Assembly (NCBI GenBank): GCA_964355165.1
Contig: CAYHCC010000014.1
Span: 1-24,000 of the forward strand
DNA from: an uncultured Acidimicrobium sp.
Lineage (GTDB): Bacteria; Actinomycetota; Acidimicrobiia; Acidimicrobiales; Ilumatobacteraceae
DNA: 24,000 bases
Direction of reading: 5' to 3'
How positions within the stretch are numbered: position 1 is the first letter of the stretch; each line of letters starts with the position of its first letter. The translations under genes and the position numbers were made by a program. This document shows positions 15,208 to 23,536 of the stretch, one piece after another. Below the pieces are notes generated by a model. The model saw only the letters and a program-made list of their open reading frames with translations. It ran no database searches and was not told the DNA's origin.

Positions 15208-16728
15208 ATGGACGAATTGGTGGCTCGCCTCGGTCGCCATATTTGGCTTGTTGGGTTGAGTTCTCTTTCGGCTGCGCTGGTCATCGGCTCGAATTTTTCT
15301 GGCGTCGGATGGAGCTGGGACTCGACCGATTATGTTGCTGCTGGATTTAATCTTGCCGCGGGTCGGGGACCGCTTGATGTGACTGGCCGTCCGATGACAG
15401 TACGCCCTCCGGGGTATCCTGCCCTAATTGCTATTGGTGATGTGGTGGGATTCACTCCAAATGTCACGCTTGAATTGATCAACATCGCTTCAGCACTCGT
15501 TGTCGTGATTTGCACGTACATCATTTTGAGTTATGCGACACAACGACGCACGGTCGTTGTGTTGGGCACGGCATTCGTGGCCGTAAGTCCAGCCCTACTT
15601 TGGCAATATTCGATGGCCTGGAGCGAACCACCATTTCTGGCAGTGGAAGCACTTGCCATAGTTGTTGCTCTATTGGCAAAAAGTATGTGGAAGTATCCGA
15701 TACTTGCAGCACTGTTAGCGGGTCTGTTTTTTCTCCGCTACGTCGGGCCAGTCTTTTCGGTCACAATAATATTCGTCTCTTTGATTTCCGACTTACCACG
15801 ACGGGGAGTTTTTCGAGCCGCCGCACTCAATTTTTTCGTACTTGTTGCTTCATCCATACCGGCTTGGTGGTGGCTACTTCGCAACAAGCGAATCGACGGC
15901 ACGCTTACCGGCACTCGGCAGGCCGGCGGAGGGACTCTGCTTGATTCCGCCAAGACTTTGCCGGGCACCCTTGGTCAGTGGCTTATCGGAAAGCCGTCCG
16001 ACACCATCGTGTACGTGAATTGGTTGTCATATCCACGACTTGCTAAGTTGGCGGCGCTCATTTGTATAGCGCTGTTCGTGCTGCTCAGCGGAGTGATAAT
16101 CGCTCGGGCGTTACGCCAACACGAGTTGCCAAATCGGGTCGAGGGGCTGACCCTCGTCATAATGTTTGGCATCGTTGCTGGTTACTCTGCATTCTCGGTA
16201 TACCGTTTTGTGCACTGGGAACTCGGACGATTTGATAATCGCATGATGATTCCTCTCTATATGCCGCTTGTGATCCTGATCGCTCTCGTCATCGATTTAG
16301 GCCTTCCGCGTCAGAGAACAGTTCGAATAGTTGCCTCTGGTGCGCTGGTGGCTCTGTTGGGTGTGCACACGATAACGAGCATCATTGATGCATCGACGTT
16401 CGGTCGCGATGGGCGACATTGGTCGATGCAGTGGTTTCAAGACCTTCCGATACACAAATACGCCCGTTCATTGCCACCCGAAAGTGGCTTGTTCAGTAAT
16501 GCGCCCCAACAGTTGTATGCAAATGTGCTCGTGTGGCCAATCTTTGATCCGTGGCAATTAGATACCGTTCGTCCAGTTCCGTGCCAGCATCGATATGCCG
16601 TGTGGTACAAATCCTTTGTTGTTCAGGACAACAAGCCGGATCAGTTGAAGGTACTCTTCGACGACGAGTGGGGTACGGTTTACGATCTCGGATCGTGCGA
16701 CGTGGACATTAATCAGATTTGGGATTAA
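15208..16728 (+). CDS. Polytopic membrane protein, GT-C-fold glycosyltransferase-like (ArnT/PMT-like)
   Basis: The 506-aa ORF has about 10 or more hydrophobic segments and an acidic first-loop motif (SWDSTDY). It has a soluble C-terminal domain and sits at the head of a GT2/UbiA operon. The fold assignment is inferred, not demonstrated. Confidence 0.5.
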   Translation: MDELVARLGRHIWLVGLSSLSAALVIGSNFSGVGWSWDSTDYVAAGFNLAAGRGPLDVTGRPMTVRPPGYPALIAIGDVVGFTPNVTLELINIASALVVVICTYIILSYATQRRTVVVLGTAFVAVSPALLWQYSMAWSEPPFLAVEALAIVVALLAKSMWKYPILAALLAGLFFLRYVGPVFSVTIIFVSLISDLPRRGVFRAAALNFFVLVASSIPAWWWLLRNKRIDGTLTGTRQAGGGTLLDSAKTLPGTLGQWLIGKPSDTIVYVNWLSYPRLAKLAALICIALFVLLSGVIIARALRQHELPNRVEGLTLVIMFGIVAGYSAFSVYRFVHWELGRFDNRMMIPLYMPLVILIALVIDLGLPRQRTVRIVASGALVALLGVHTITSIIDASTFGRDGRHWSMQWFQDLPIHKYARSLPPESGLFSNAPQQLYANVLVWPIFDPWQLDTVRPVPCQHRYAVWYKSFVVQDNKPDQLKVLFDDEWGTVYDLGSCDVDINQIWD

Positions 16729-17477
16729 GAGTTGCTGTGAACTATCGCATTGCGGTCCTCGTCGTCGCCTATAACGCACAAGAGACCCTTGAACATGTGT
16801 TGGATCGAATCCCGGCAAACTTTGTCTCCGAAATCTCAGCCGTGATCGTATGCGATGATGCAAGTACTGACTTGACGCACGAGATAGTGTTGGATTACCA
16901 ACAGCAATCGGCGCTACCGATCACGGTCATACGACATTCCGAAAATCTCGGCTACGGTGGAAATCAGAAATTTGGTTACGACTGGGCAATACGAAACGAC
17001 ATCGACCTTGTCGTGCTTTTACACGGTGATGGTCAGTACGCACCCGAGTATCTGCCTCAAATGTTGCAGCCACTTCTGGACAATGATGCAGATATTGTAT
17101 TTGGTTCGCGAATGATGGCACCTGGCAGTGCACGTCATGGCGGAATGCCTCGCTATAAGTTTGTTGGAAATAGATTTCTCACCAAATTGCAGAATTTTCT
17201 CGCTGCCGTGAATCTGAGTGAGTGGCATAGTGGCTACCGGGCTTATCGAGTGGCCTCGCTCAAAGGGGTGAATTTTCACCAAAATTCCAATGCGTTCGAC
17301 TTCGACACGCAGATCATTTTGCAGATGATTGAGTCGCGACAGCGAATTGTCGAAATTTCCATTCCGACATTTTATGGCGAAGAGATCTCACGGGTGAACA
17401 GCGTCAAATACGGCATTCAAATACTTGGACACACAATTCGATTTCGCCTTAGGCATCTCCGGGCATCAAGACGATGA
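16719..17477 (+). CDS. Family 2 glycosyltransferase, DPM1/GtrB-like (probable polyprenyl-phosphate sugar synthase)
   Basis: Motifs are IAVLVVAYNAQETL, VIVCDDASTD, NLGYGGNQK, LLHGDGQYAPEYL and DIVFGSR. It has no TM segments. The TTG start overlaps the upstream gene by 10 nt, and GTG 16737 is an alternative. Confidence 0.8.
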   Translation: MGLRVAVNYRIAVLVVAYNAQETLEHVLDRIPANFVSEISAVIVCDDASTDLTHEIVLDYQQQSALPITVIRHSENLGYGGNQKFGYDWAIRNDIDLVVLLHGDGQYAPEYLPQMLQPLLDNDADIVFGSRMMAPGSARHGGMPRYKFVGNRFLTKLQNFLAAVNLSEWHSGYRAYRVASLKGVNFHQNSNAFDFDTQIILQMIESRQRIVEISIPTFYGEEISRVNSVKYGIQILGHTIRFRLRHLRASRR

Positions 17478-18325
17478 GTTCTCACAAGGTTTTTCAAATC
17501 AAGTCACTTGTGCCGTTGGTTCGAGCGAGTCATATTCAGCCGACGTTGGCGGTGACCGCAATAACTACGGCACTTGCCGTATCCATTGGTCGTGGCGGAG
17601 GAGCAGTATGGGTGTTGCTGGCAGTACTGTCCGGGCAATTGTCGGTCGGTTGGAGCAATGATTATCTTGATCGTGAGCGCGATGCGCGATCCCATCGCAC
17701 CGATAAACCGATTGTCGCTCAGCAGGTAAGCGCGTCGTTGGTCGGTATTTGTGCATTTGTCGCGGTAGTCATGTGCATTCCGTTGTCAATGTTCTCCGGT
17801 TGGCGAGCCGGAACCATTCATTTGATCGCCGTCGCTTCGGCGTGGATCTACAACATCAAGTTGAAATCGACCATTGCTAGCGTTGCGCCGTACGTATTGG
17901 CCTTTGGTCTGCTTCCGGCATTTGTCACACTTGGTCTTGCCGGGCACCCGTGGCCGCATCCATGGGCAATGATTGCGGCATCATTCCTAGGGATCGGTGC
18001 CCACTTTGTGAATGTGCTTCCGGACCTTGAAACCGATCGTGCCACCGGAGTGCACGGAATGCCGCACCGACTTGGCTCTATGTCATCACTCGTGCTTGGA
18101 GCATTCTTCATCGCGACATCAACGATAGTAATTGCAACTTCGGCAAGTGTGTCGACAAGTCGATTCCGTATATTACTCCTAGCGTTGGCCGCGGCTGGTG
18201 CAGTCGTCATTTGTATTGCCGGTGTATCCGGACGTCATCGCGCAGCCTGGACTCTGACGCTGTGCTCGGCCGGGGCAAGTGTGATCGCCCTCATTGCCAA
18301 TGGAAGTTCAATTGTCAATGCGTAA
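17474..18325 (+). CDS. UbiA-family polyprenyl-phosphate/aromatic prenyltransferase (DPPR-synthase-like)
   Basis: It has the first Asp-rich motif NDYLDRERD, a second acidic motif LPDLETDRATG, and about 8 hydrophobic helices. There is an ATGA overlap with the GT2 gene. Confidence 0.75.
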   Translation: MSSHKVFQIKSLVPLVRASHIQPTLAVTAITTALAVSIGRGGGAVWVLLAVLSGQLSVGWSNDYLDRERDARSHRTDKPIVAQQVSASLVGICAFVAVVMCIPLSMFSGWRAGTIHLIAVASAWIYNIKLKSTIASVAPYVLAFGLLPAFVTLGLAGHPWPHPWAMIAASFLGIGAHFVNVLPDLETDRATGVHGMPHRLGSMSSLVLGAFFIATSTIVIATSASVSTSRFRILLLALAAAGAVVICIAGVSGRHRAAWTLTLCSAGASVIALIANGSSIVNA

Positions 18326-18381
18326 TCGACGATCGATGCGACACCAGAGATTCGTTTGGTGAGGTAGTCTGGAAGGTATCT

Positions 18382-20565
18382 ATGAAACGACTACTCGTTG
18401 TTTTTGCAGTGTGCGCAGGTTTGCTGGCGATGGAGGCACAAGTTGCGCAGGGCGCCATTAACTCGGGCTCCAAGTGCACAAAGGTGGGCCGAGTAATCAC
18501 TGTCAAGGTGAAGAAAAAGTCGACGGTGTATGTCTGCATGAAGGAGGGGAAGAGGAAGGTCTGGCGCGTGAAACCGCCGGTTGGTGCTCCGATCGTCAAC
18601 CCCGGCGTGACCGTAACCACCACGTCACCGGTAAAGGAAATCGCCTCGAGTTATGCGGTACTTGCGGATTCTCCGTACAATCGAATCAATGCCGCAGCGG
18701 TGCCAACTGGGTACTTGGCAACTACAGGACTTGCCTCGACCACGGGGACTGCGTTGCTCGACCATCCCAGTGGACTCGCATCAAATGGAACGAACTTGGT
18801 TCTTCTAGATCGAGGAAACAATCGAATTCTTGTCTGGAACGCGGCACCAACATCCTCGTCGACTCCACCAGATTTCGTGCTGTGCCAATCGTCCACGACG
18901 TCAACGACAAGTGGCTCGGGACTCAACCAGTGCAACTGGCCGAGTGACGCGGTAGTTACGAGCACCGGCAAGTTGCTTGTAGTTGATACCGATAACAACC
19001 GCATCCTGGTTTGGAACTCAATGCCGACATCGACCGGACAGAGTGCAAGTTTTGCAATCGATTTGGGTGTTGACGCATGGCCGTGGGGTGTCTGGTCTGA
19101 TGGCACCAAGTTGGTCGCATCGCTGGCGAGCAAGTCCCAACTGAAGATCTGGAATACCTTTCCTACCACCGGAGCTGAACTTGCCGATGTGACACTGACT
19201 GGAGACTCCTCGAACTGTATTGGCACTCCTCGTGGGGTCACGAGCAACGGGACAGCCATCATCGTTGGTGACCACAACGGGAAATGTGCCTCGACTTCTG
19301 CAGCCCATGTCTTTGCTACCTGGCCGACGTCATCCAGTGCAGCGGTCTCCTATGACATCGTGCCCGAGGATCCGAACTATGCCTGGCCACACGGCACGTT
19401 TAACTCGTCGACCGGAAAGCTGTATCTGTTGTCGAAGTACCTGATGGAATATCCAGGAGCGCCGACTTCGCTTCCAAGCGGCGCGAAACTTGCCATAGGC
19501 ACTTCGTTTGAGGGCGGTGATGGTGGTGACGTGGAACTCGTCAATGGCTATATGTATGTTTCTGAGTACAACGGCAACCGGGTTGCAGTGTTCAAGGGAA
19601 TACCGTCGGCCACTGCGACCGCTTCGTTCTATTTGGGTTCGCCGGGAGTCGATTCGTCGACGCCAAATACGGTTTTCAACACGTTGAAAACCAACTTTCT
19701 GATCACCAATCCCCAAGTGGCGACACTGGGCGGGGCGATGGCAATCAATAGTGATTTTGATCGCAGTATTTACGTCTGGAAGTCAATTCCTGCCACCGAT
19801 GGTGCGAAGCCTGATCTGGTGTGGTCAATGCAGAATCAGAATTCATCAAATCCACTCTTACGAATGGACTTTCAACCTGATTCGTCCGCCGCAACAACTG
19901 CCGCCGATGGTAAACCGCTCTATGCGGCAGCCGGAGAAAAGACTTTCGTCGTGTGGCGCGGGATTCCAAGCAAGATTACTGATGTGCCGGTACTCAATAT
20001 CAAGGATTCGATCGGCAATGTCACACTTGGTGGCGCTCTGCGGGTTGCGGCCGACAGTAAATATTTTTATATCCTGGATGGAGAGGCGAAGAAGATCTAC
20101 GTATGGAGCGGGTTGCCTTCCGATTCGAGCGACAGCCCGGACTTCTCGATCAGTGCAGATGTGAATCGGATTCGTTCCGACGGAACATGGCTGGTCGGAA
20201 CCAGTCTCTACAACACGCCACACGTGTTGTTGTGGTCGGTTTCGTCGCTGTCGCAAAATGCTGCGGCAACAGGAACGGTCACGGGTCTGGCAATGAACCT
20301 GCCTCAAGATGGGCTTGTATCGAACGGGGTTCTCTATGTTGCTGACACGTCGTTCCACCGAGTGTTGGTGTGGAACAATGTGTCATCGGCATTGGCCGGC
20401 GGCCTCCCTGATGCGTATCTGGGCGCCACATCGTCGACCGACAAGACGCCGGCCCATTCGGCCACCGAAATGAGGTGGCCCGCGTCACTGTGGGTGGCTA
20501 ATGGTTATTTGTGGGTTGGCGAACGAAAATTCGGACACCGGGTGTTGCGCTACGGATTGAGTTAA
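18382..20565 (+). CDS. Secreted Ser/Thr-rich NHL-repeat beta-propeller protein (about 12 repeats)
   Basis: The signal peptide is MKRLLVVFAVCAGLLAMEAQVAQG, preceded by GGAAGG 5 nt upstream of ATG 18382. About 12 units recur, of the type D.(G/D)NNRILVWN..PTS....PDF..; examples are NNRILVWNAAPTSSSTPPDF, NNRILVWNSMPTSTGQSASF, GNRVAVFKGIPSA, RSIYVWKSIPATD, KKIYVWSGLPSDS and FHRVLVWNN. Confidence 0.75.
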   Translation: MKRLLVVFAVCAGLLAMEAQVAQGAINSGSKCTKVGRVITVKVKKKSTVYVCMKEGKRKVWRVKPPVGAPIVNPGVTVTTTSPVKEIASSYAVLADSPYNRINAAAVPTGYLATTGLASTTGTALLDHPSGLASNGTNLVLLDRGNNRILVWNAAPTSSSTPPDFVLCQSSTTSTTSGSGLNQCNWPSDAVVTSTGKLLVVDTDNNRILVWNSMPTSTGQSASFAIDLGVDAWPWGVWSDGTKLVASLASKSQLKIWNTFPTTGAELADVTLTGDSSNCIGTPRGVTSNGTAIIVGDHNGKCASTSAAHVFATWPTSSSAAVSYDIVPEDPNYAWPHGTFNSSTGKLYLLSKYLMEYPGAPTSLPSGAKLAIGTSFEGGDGGDVELVNGYMYVSEYNGNRVAVFKGIPSATATASFYLGSPGVDSSTPNTVFNTLKTNFLITNPQVATLGGAMAINSDFDRSIYVWKSIPATDGAKPDLVWSMQNQNSSNPLLRMDFQPDSSAATTAADGKPLYAAAGEKTFVVWRGIPSKITDVPVLNIKDSIGNVTLGGALRVAADSKYFYILDGEAKKIYVWSGLPSDSSDSPDFSISADVNRIRSDGTWLVGTSLYNTPHVLLWSVSSLSQNAAATGTVTGLAMNLPQDGLVSNGVLYVADTSFHRVLVWNNVSSALAGGLPDAYLGATSSTDKTPAHSATEMRWPASLWVANGYLWVGERKFGHRVLRYGLS

Positions 20566-20569
20566 AACG

Positions 20570-21892
20570 GTGCGCCGATCAGTATCTGGATTCCTCGTTG
20601 TCATCTTGTGTATGACGAGCACGCTTGTTGTCGGAGCACCGCCGGTCTCGGCGGCATCGTGCAGTGATAACGGACCGTGTAGAATTGGTGATGTCGGTCC
20701 TGGTGGCGGAATCGTTTTCTACGATGCTGGGGAACTGAAATGGTGGGGTCAATATCTCGAGTTCAAAGGCGGGATCCAATGGCGGGTGCCATGGAGTCCA
20801 GATGATTTGGCGTTTGTGCCGGTGTTTCCAACTCCAGTCGGAGGCGTTTCGGTTCTACGTCAACGGGTGTTGAGCAAAGCCATCGGTTCGGGAAAGAGCA
20901 ACACCGCGGCGATTATCAACGCATACGGTCAAACCGGAAACTTCGCGGCCAGAGTCGGTAGCAGGGTTGTTTCGCCAAAATCTGATTGGTACTTGCCCTC
21001 GAAAGACGAAGCCGATGTGCTCTACACCTATCTCAAGCTTGGTGGACGGAGTTCAGCAAACGCGACCGCATCATTAAACTTCAAACGCAGATTCACGCAG
21101 TCGGCGATGTGGACATCGTCCGAAGCGAGCAACTCATTTGCGTGGTTTCAATTGTTCGTAGACGGGACTCAATTCACTGATGCCAATGGAATCATCCCAG
21201 GCTTGACCGGTAACAAGACATCGATGTTTACTCGACAACATGGCGGATCATTTCCGCCGATGCCGCTCATTGCTACGCCAATCCGGGCATTTCCCAACGG
21301 AAGCGGCACACCAATCACCGACTTTGGTGGCGACTATGCAATCGGTGACGTTGGCCCGGGTGGAGGCATCGTCTTTTATGATGCCGGTAAGCACAAAAAT
21401 TGGGGTCGATATCTGGAAGTTGCGCCAGCCGATTGTGAGGGAGTGAAATTGGCATGGAAACCAAATGCAGCAGTAATTCCGCCGTTGTATGTAAATGATG
21501 TTCGCGGGTTCACCGCAGCAGAGAAACGAGTATTGGCCAAGGCCCTTGGCGCTGGCAAGGCGAATACCGATTTGATCGTCAGCCGGTACCGAACAAGATT
21601 CATGTATGCGGCCCTCTTTGCCCAAGGCCTGGTGTGTCGTCAAGCCGATGATTGGTTCTTGCCATCTAAAGACGAACTTGATCTCGTTTTCAATAATTTG
21701 AAGGCGCTCGATTCTCCAATTGGCGGCTTTGACAAGGGCTACTACTGGACTTCATCTGAGTACGATCTTCAGAATACGTGGACGGAGTACTTCACCGATG
21801 GCCAACAGTTTGATCGAGTGAAGACATTATCAGCCAACAAATTAGGAGCACAGCGTCCGTTTCGTGTTCGAGCAATTCGCGCATTTGGCTAG
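20570..21892 (+). CDS. Secreted protein with two tandem DUF1566 (Lcl C-terminal-like) domains
   Basis: It has a signal peptide (…LVVGAPPVSA/AS). Each half contains IGDVGPGGGIVFYDAG, DW(Y/F)LPSKDE and WTSSE motifs. It starts 4 nt after the NHL gene stop. Confidence 0.7.
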   Translation: MRRSVSGFLVVILCMTSTLVVGAPPVSAASCSDNGPCRIGDVGPGGGIVFYDAGELKWWGQYLEFKGGIQWRVPWSPDDLAFVPVFPTPVGGVSVLRQRVLSKAIGSGKSNTAAIINAYGQTGNFAARVGSRVVSPKSDWYLPSKDEADVLYTYLKLGGRSSANATASLNFKRRFTQSAMWTSSEASNSFAWFQLFVDGTQFTDANGIIPGLTGNKTSMFTRQHGGSFPPMPLIATPIRAFPNGSGTPITDFGGDYAIGDVGPGGGIVFYDAGKHKNWGRYLEVAPADCEGVKLAWKPNAAVIPPLYVNDVRGFTAAEKRVLAKALGAGKANTDLIVSRYRTRFMYAALFAQGLVCRQADDWFLPSKDELDLVFNNLKALDSPIGGFDKGYYWTSSEYDLQNTWTEYFTDGQQFDRVKTLSANKLGAQRPFRVRAIRAFG

Positions 21893-22090
21893 GTGACATC
21901 CAACACCACGATATTTCTGTGCAACGAGTGCGTTTTGACAATTGTGTTCGGTAAGCCTTACATCGCTTGTTCGCACTTCACGCCGGCGGTTAATTTAGCC
22001 TAAATCTACTTATATTGTGAGACTTTGGTCGGGCGATTAACCGGAAAGATCCGATTCGTGGATAGTGAACAATAAGACCGAAACGATGCA

Positions 22091-23455
22091 GTGTGGGCAA
22101 AGGTCATGATCGGTCTCATGCTGGTAGCGATGAGCATGAGTATCGTCGTGCTTGGCGCAGTCGGAATCGTTTCAATTGTTAATTCTGAGTCGGATTCGAC
22201 GTCGTCAGCATCGGTTGAGACCGCAGTTCATGTGAATCTCAGCGAGTATGTGGTGACAATGATTCCGGCAGTTGTGCCTCCGGGCAAGGTGACGTTCACG
22301 ATTCATAATGGCGGAACAGTCGCTCACAACTTTAGACTTCCGGAATTGGGCAAGAGTTCACCGATGATCAACAGCAGTGAAACTGCGACCCTGGTCGTTG
22401 ATATTCCAAGTGAGGGCACCTTCAAAGTGCTCTGCGAAGTGTCCGGACACGAAGCATCTGGAATGGTGTCGAGTCTGAAGGTGAGCACCGATGCGCCACT
22501 TGGCGTTGCGTCACCATCGGGAAATGTCACCAACTCGGATCAAACTGCGATGACGTGGCAGGAGATGGATGCACTGATGCTCGAAGTGGCCAAGAAGTTC
22601 CCAGAGGCAACGACTGGTACAGGTAACAGCATCTTGGAGCCGATTCTGAGCGCAGATGGTTTCAAGGAGTTTCATCTCACCGCCTCGATAATCAAGTGGG
22701 AAGTTGAGTCAGGAAAATTCGTCGACGGCTGGGCGTATAACGGTGAAATCCCTGGCCCAATTCTGAAAGTGAACGTTGGTGACAACGTGCGGATCGTGTT
22801 GAAAAACGAATTACCAGAATCAAAGACATTGCACTTCCACGGTGTTCGTGTTCCCAATGCGATGGACGGAGTGGATCCGTATACCCAAGATCCAATTACG
22901 CCGGGCACCACCTTTACCTATGAGTTCACGGCACTCGAACCGAGTGTCGGTATGTACCACTCACACCACAATGCTCAGGTCCAAGTGCCTAATGGATTGG
23001 CTGGAGCATTGCTCATCGGCGACTGGAAGACAGCAGCGATGCAGGCCGCGGGAAGTCGGGTTCCAGATACGGATGGAGATGCCGAGCAGGAAGTGGTGAT
23101 GGTGCTCAACGATTCTGGAACGATCGGTTTGTCACTAAATGGCAAATCATTCCCGGCCACTGCACCATACTCATTGAAATTAGGCGAGTCGATGGTGGTG
23201 CATTATTTCAATGAAGGATCCATGACCCACCCAATGCACTTGCACCAGCCGTCAGGTCTGATTGTCGCTCGTGATGGTGTGATGCTGGAGTCGCCGTATT
23301 GGGCCGACACCATCAATGTTGCGCCGGGTGAACGTTGGACCGTGGTGTACACGGCCCAAGATCCAGGTGTATGGGCATGGCACTGTCACATCCTGACCCA
23401 TGCCGAAACACCCACTGGAATGCGTTATATGGTGACAGCGCTCATTGTCGAATAG
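22091..23455 (+). CDS. Multicopper oxidase (two-domain MCO core) fused to an N-terminal TM anchor and an extra cupredoxin domain
   Basis: The MCO copper motifs are HFHGV, YHSHHN, HPMHLH and WHCHILTHAETPTGM. The N-terminal domain has its own blue-copper-like ligand set (AHNF ... LCEVSGHEASGM). The start is GTG 22091 or ATG 22106. Confidence 0.85.
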   Translation: MWAKVMIGLMLVAMSMSIVVLGAVGIVSIVNSESDSTSSASVETAVHVNLSEYVVTMIPAVVPPGKVTFTIHNGGTVAHNFRLPELGKSSPMINSSETATLVVDIPSEGTFKVLCEVSGHEASGMVSSLKVSTDAPLGVASPSGNVTNSDQTAMTWQEMDALMLEVAKKFPEATTGTGNSILEPILSADGFKEFHLTASIIKWEVESGKFVDGWAYNGEIPGPILKVNVGDNVRIVLKNELPESKTLHFHGVRVPNAMDGVDPYTQDPITPGTTFTYEFTALEPSVGMYHSHHNAQVQVPNGLAGALLIGDWKTAAMQAAGSRVPDTDGDAEQEVVMVLNDSGTIGLSLNGKSFPATAPYSLKLGESMVVHYFNEGSMTHPMHLHQPSGLIVARDGVMLESPYWADTINVAPGERWTVVYTAQDPGVWAWHCHILTHAETPTGMRYMVTALIVE

Positions 23456-23536
23456 TCCCGAGTAATTTCCGCCAATGGCCTAGCCACTATCGTTGACCCG
23501 AAGGTGCATGGTCGCATGCCAAGAGATGGGAGACGT

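Noticed and set aside
18211-18381. The upstream extension of the NHL ORF (track start 18211, MYCRCIRTSS...)
   Set aside because: It overlaps the 3' end of the UbiA gene by 115 nt and encodes a Cys/Arg-rich non-signal sequence. ATG 18382 has an SD (GGAAGG) and starts a textbook signal peptide.
18315-21643. Long antisense or off-frame ORFs within the NHL and DUF1566 genes (18474..18947, 18651..19277, 19330..19716, 19858..20358, 21248..21643 and others)
   Set aside because: These are shadow ORFs of well-supported repeat-containing genes, with no motifs.
21935-22053. Promoter-like TTGACA (21935-21940) with TTACAT 17 nt downstream; 13-bp palindrome ATTTAGcCTAAAT (21993-22005); 8-bp inverted repeat CGGTTAAT/ATTAACCG (21987-21994 and about 22046-22053), all upstream of the multicopper oxidase
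   Set aside because: The -10 hexamer matches consensus at only 3/6 positions. The palindromes are short enough to occur by chance in a 200-bp AT-rich spacer, and none resembles a copper-regulator box I can name.
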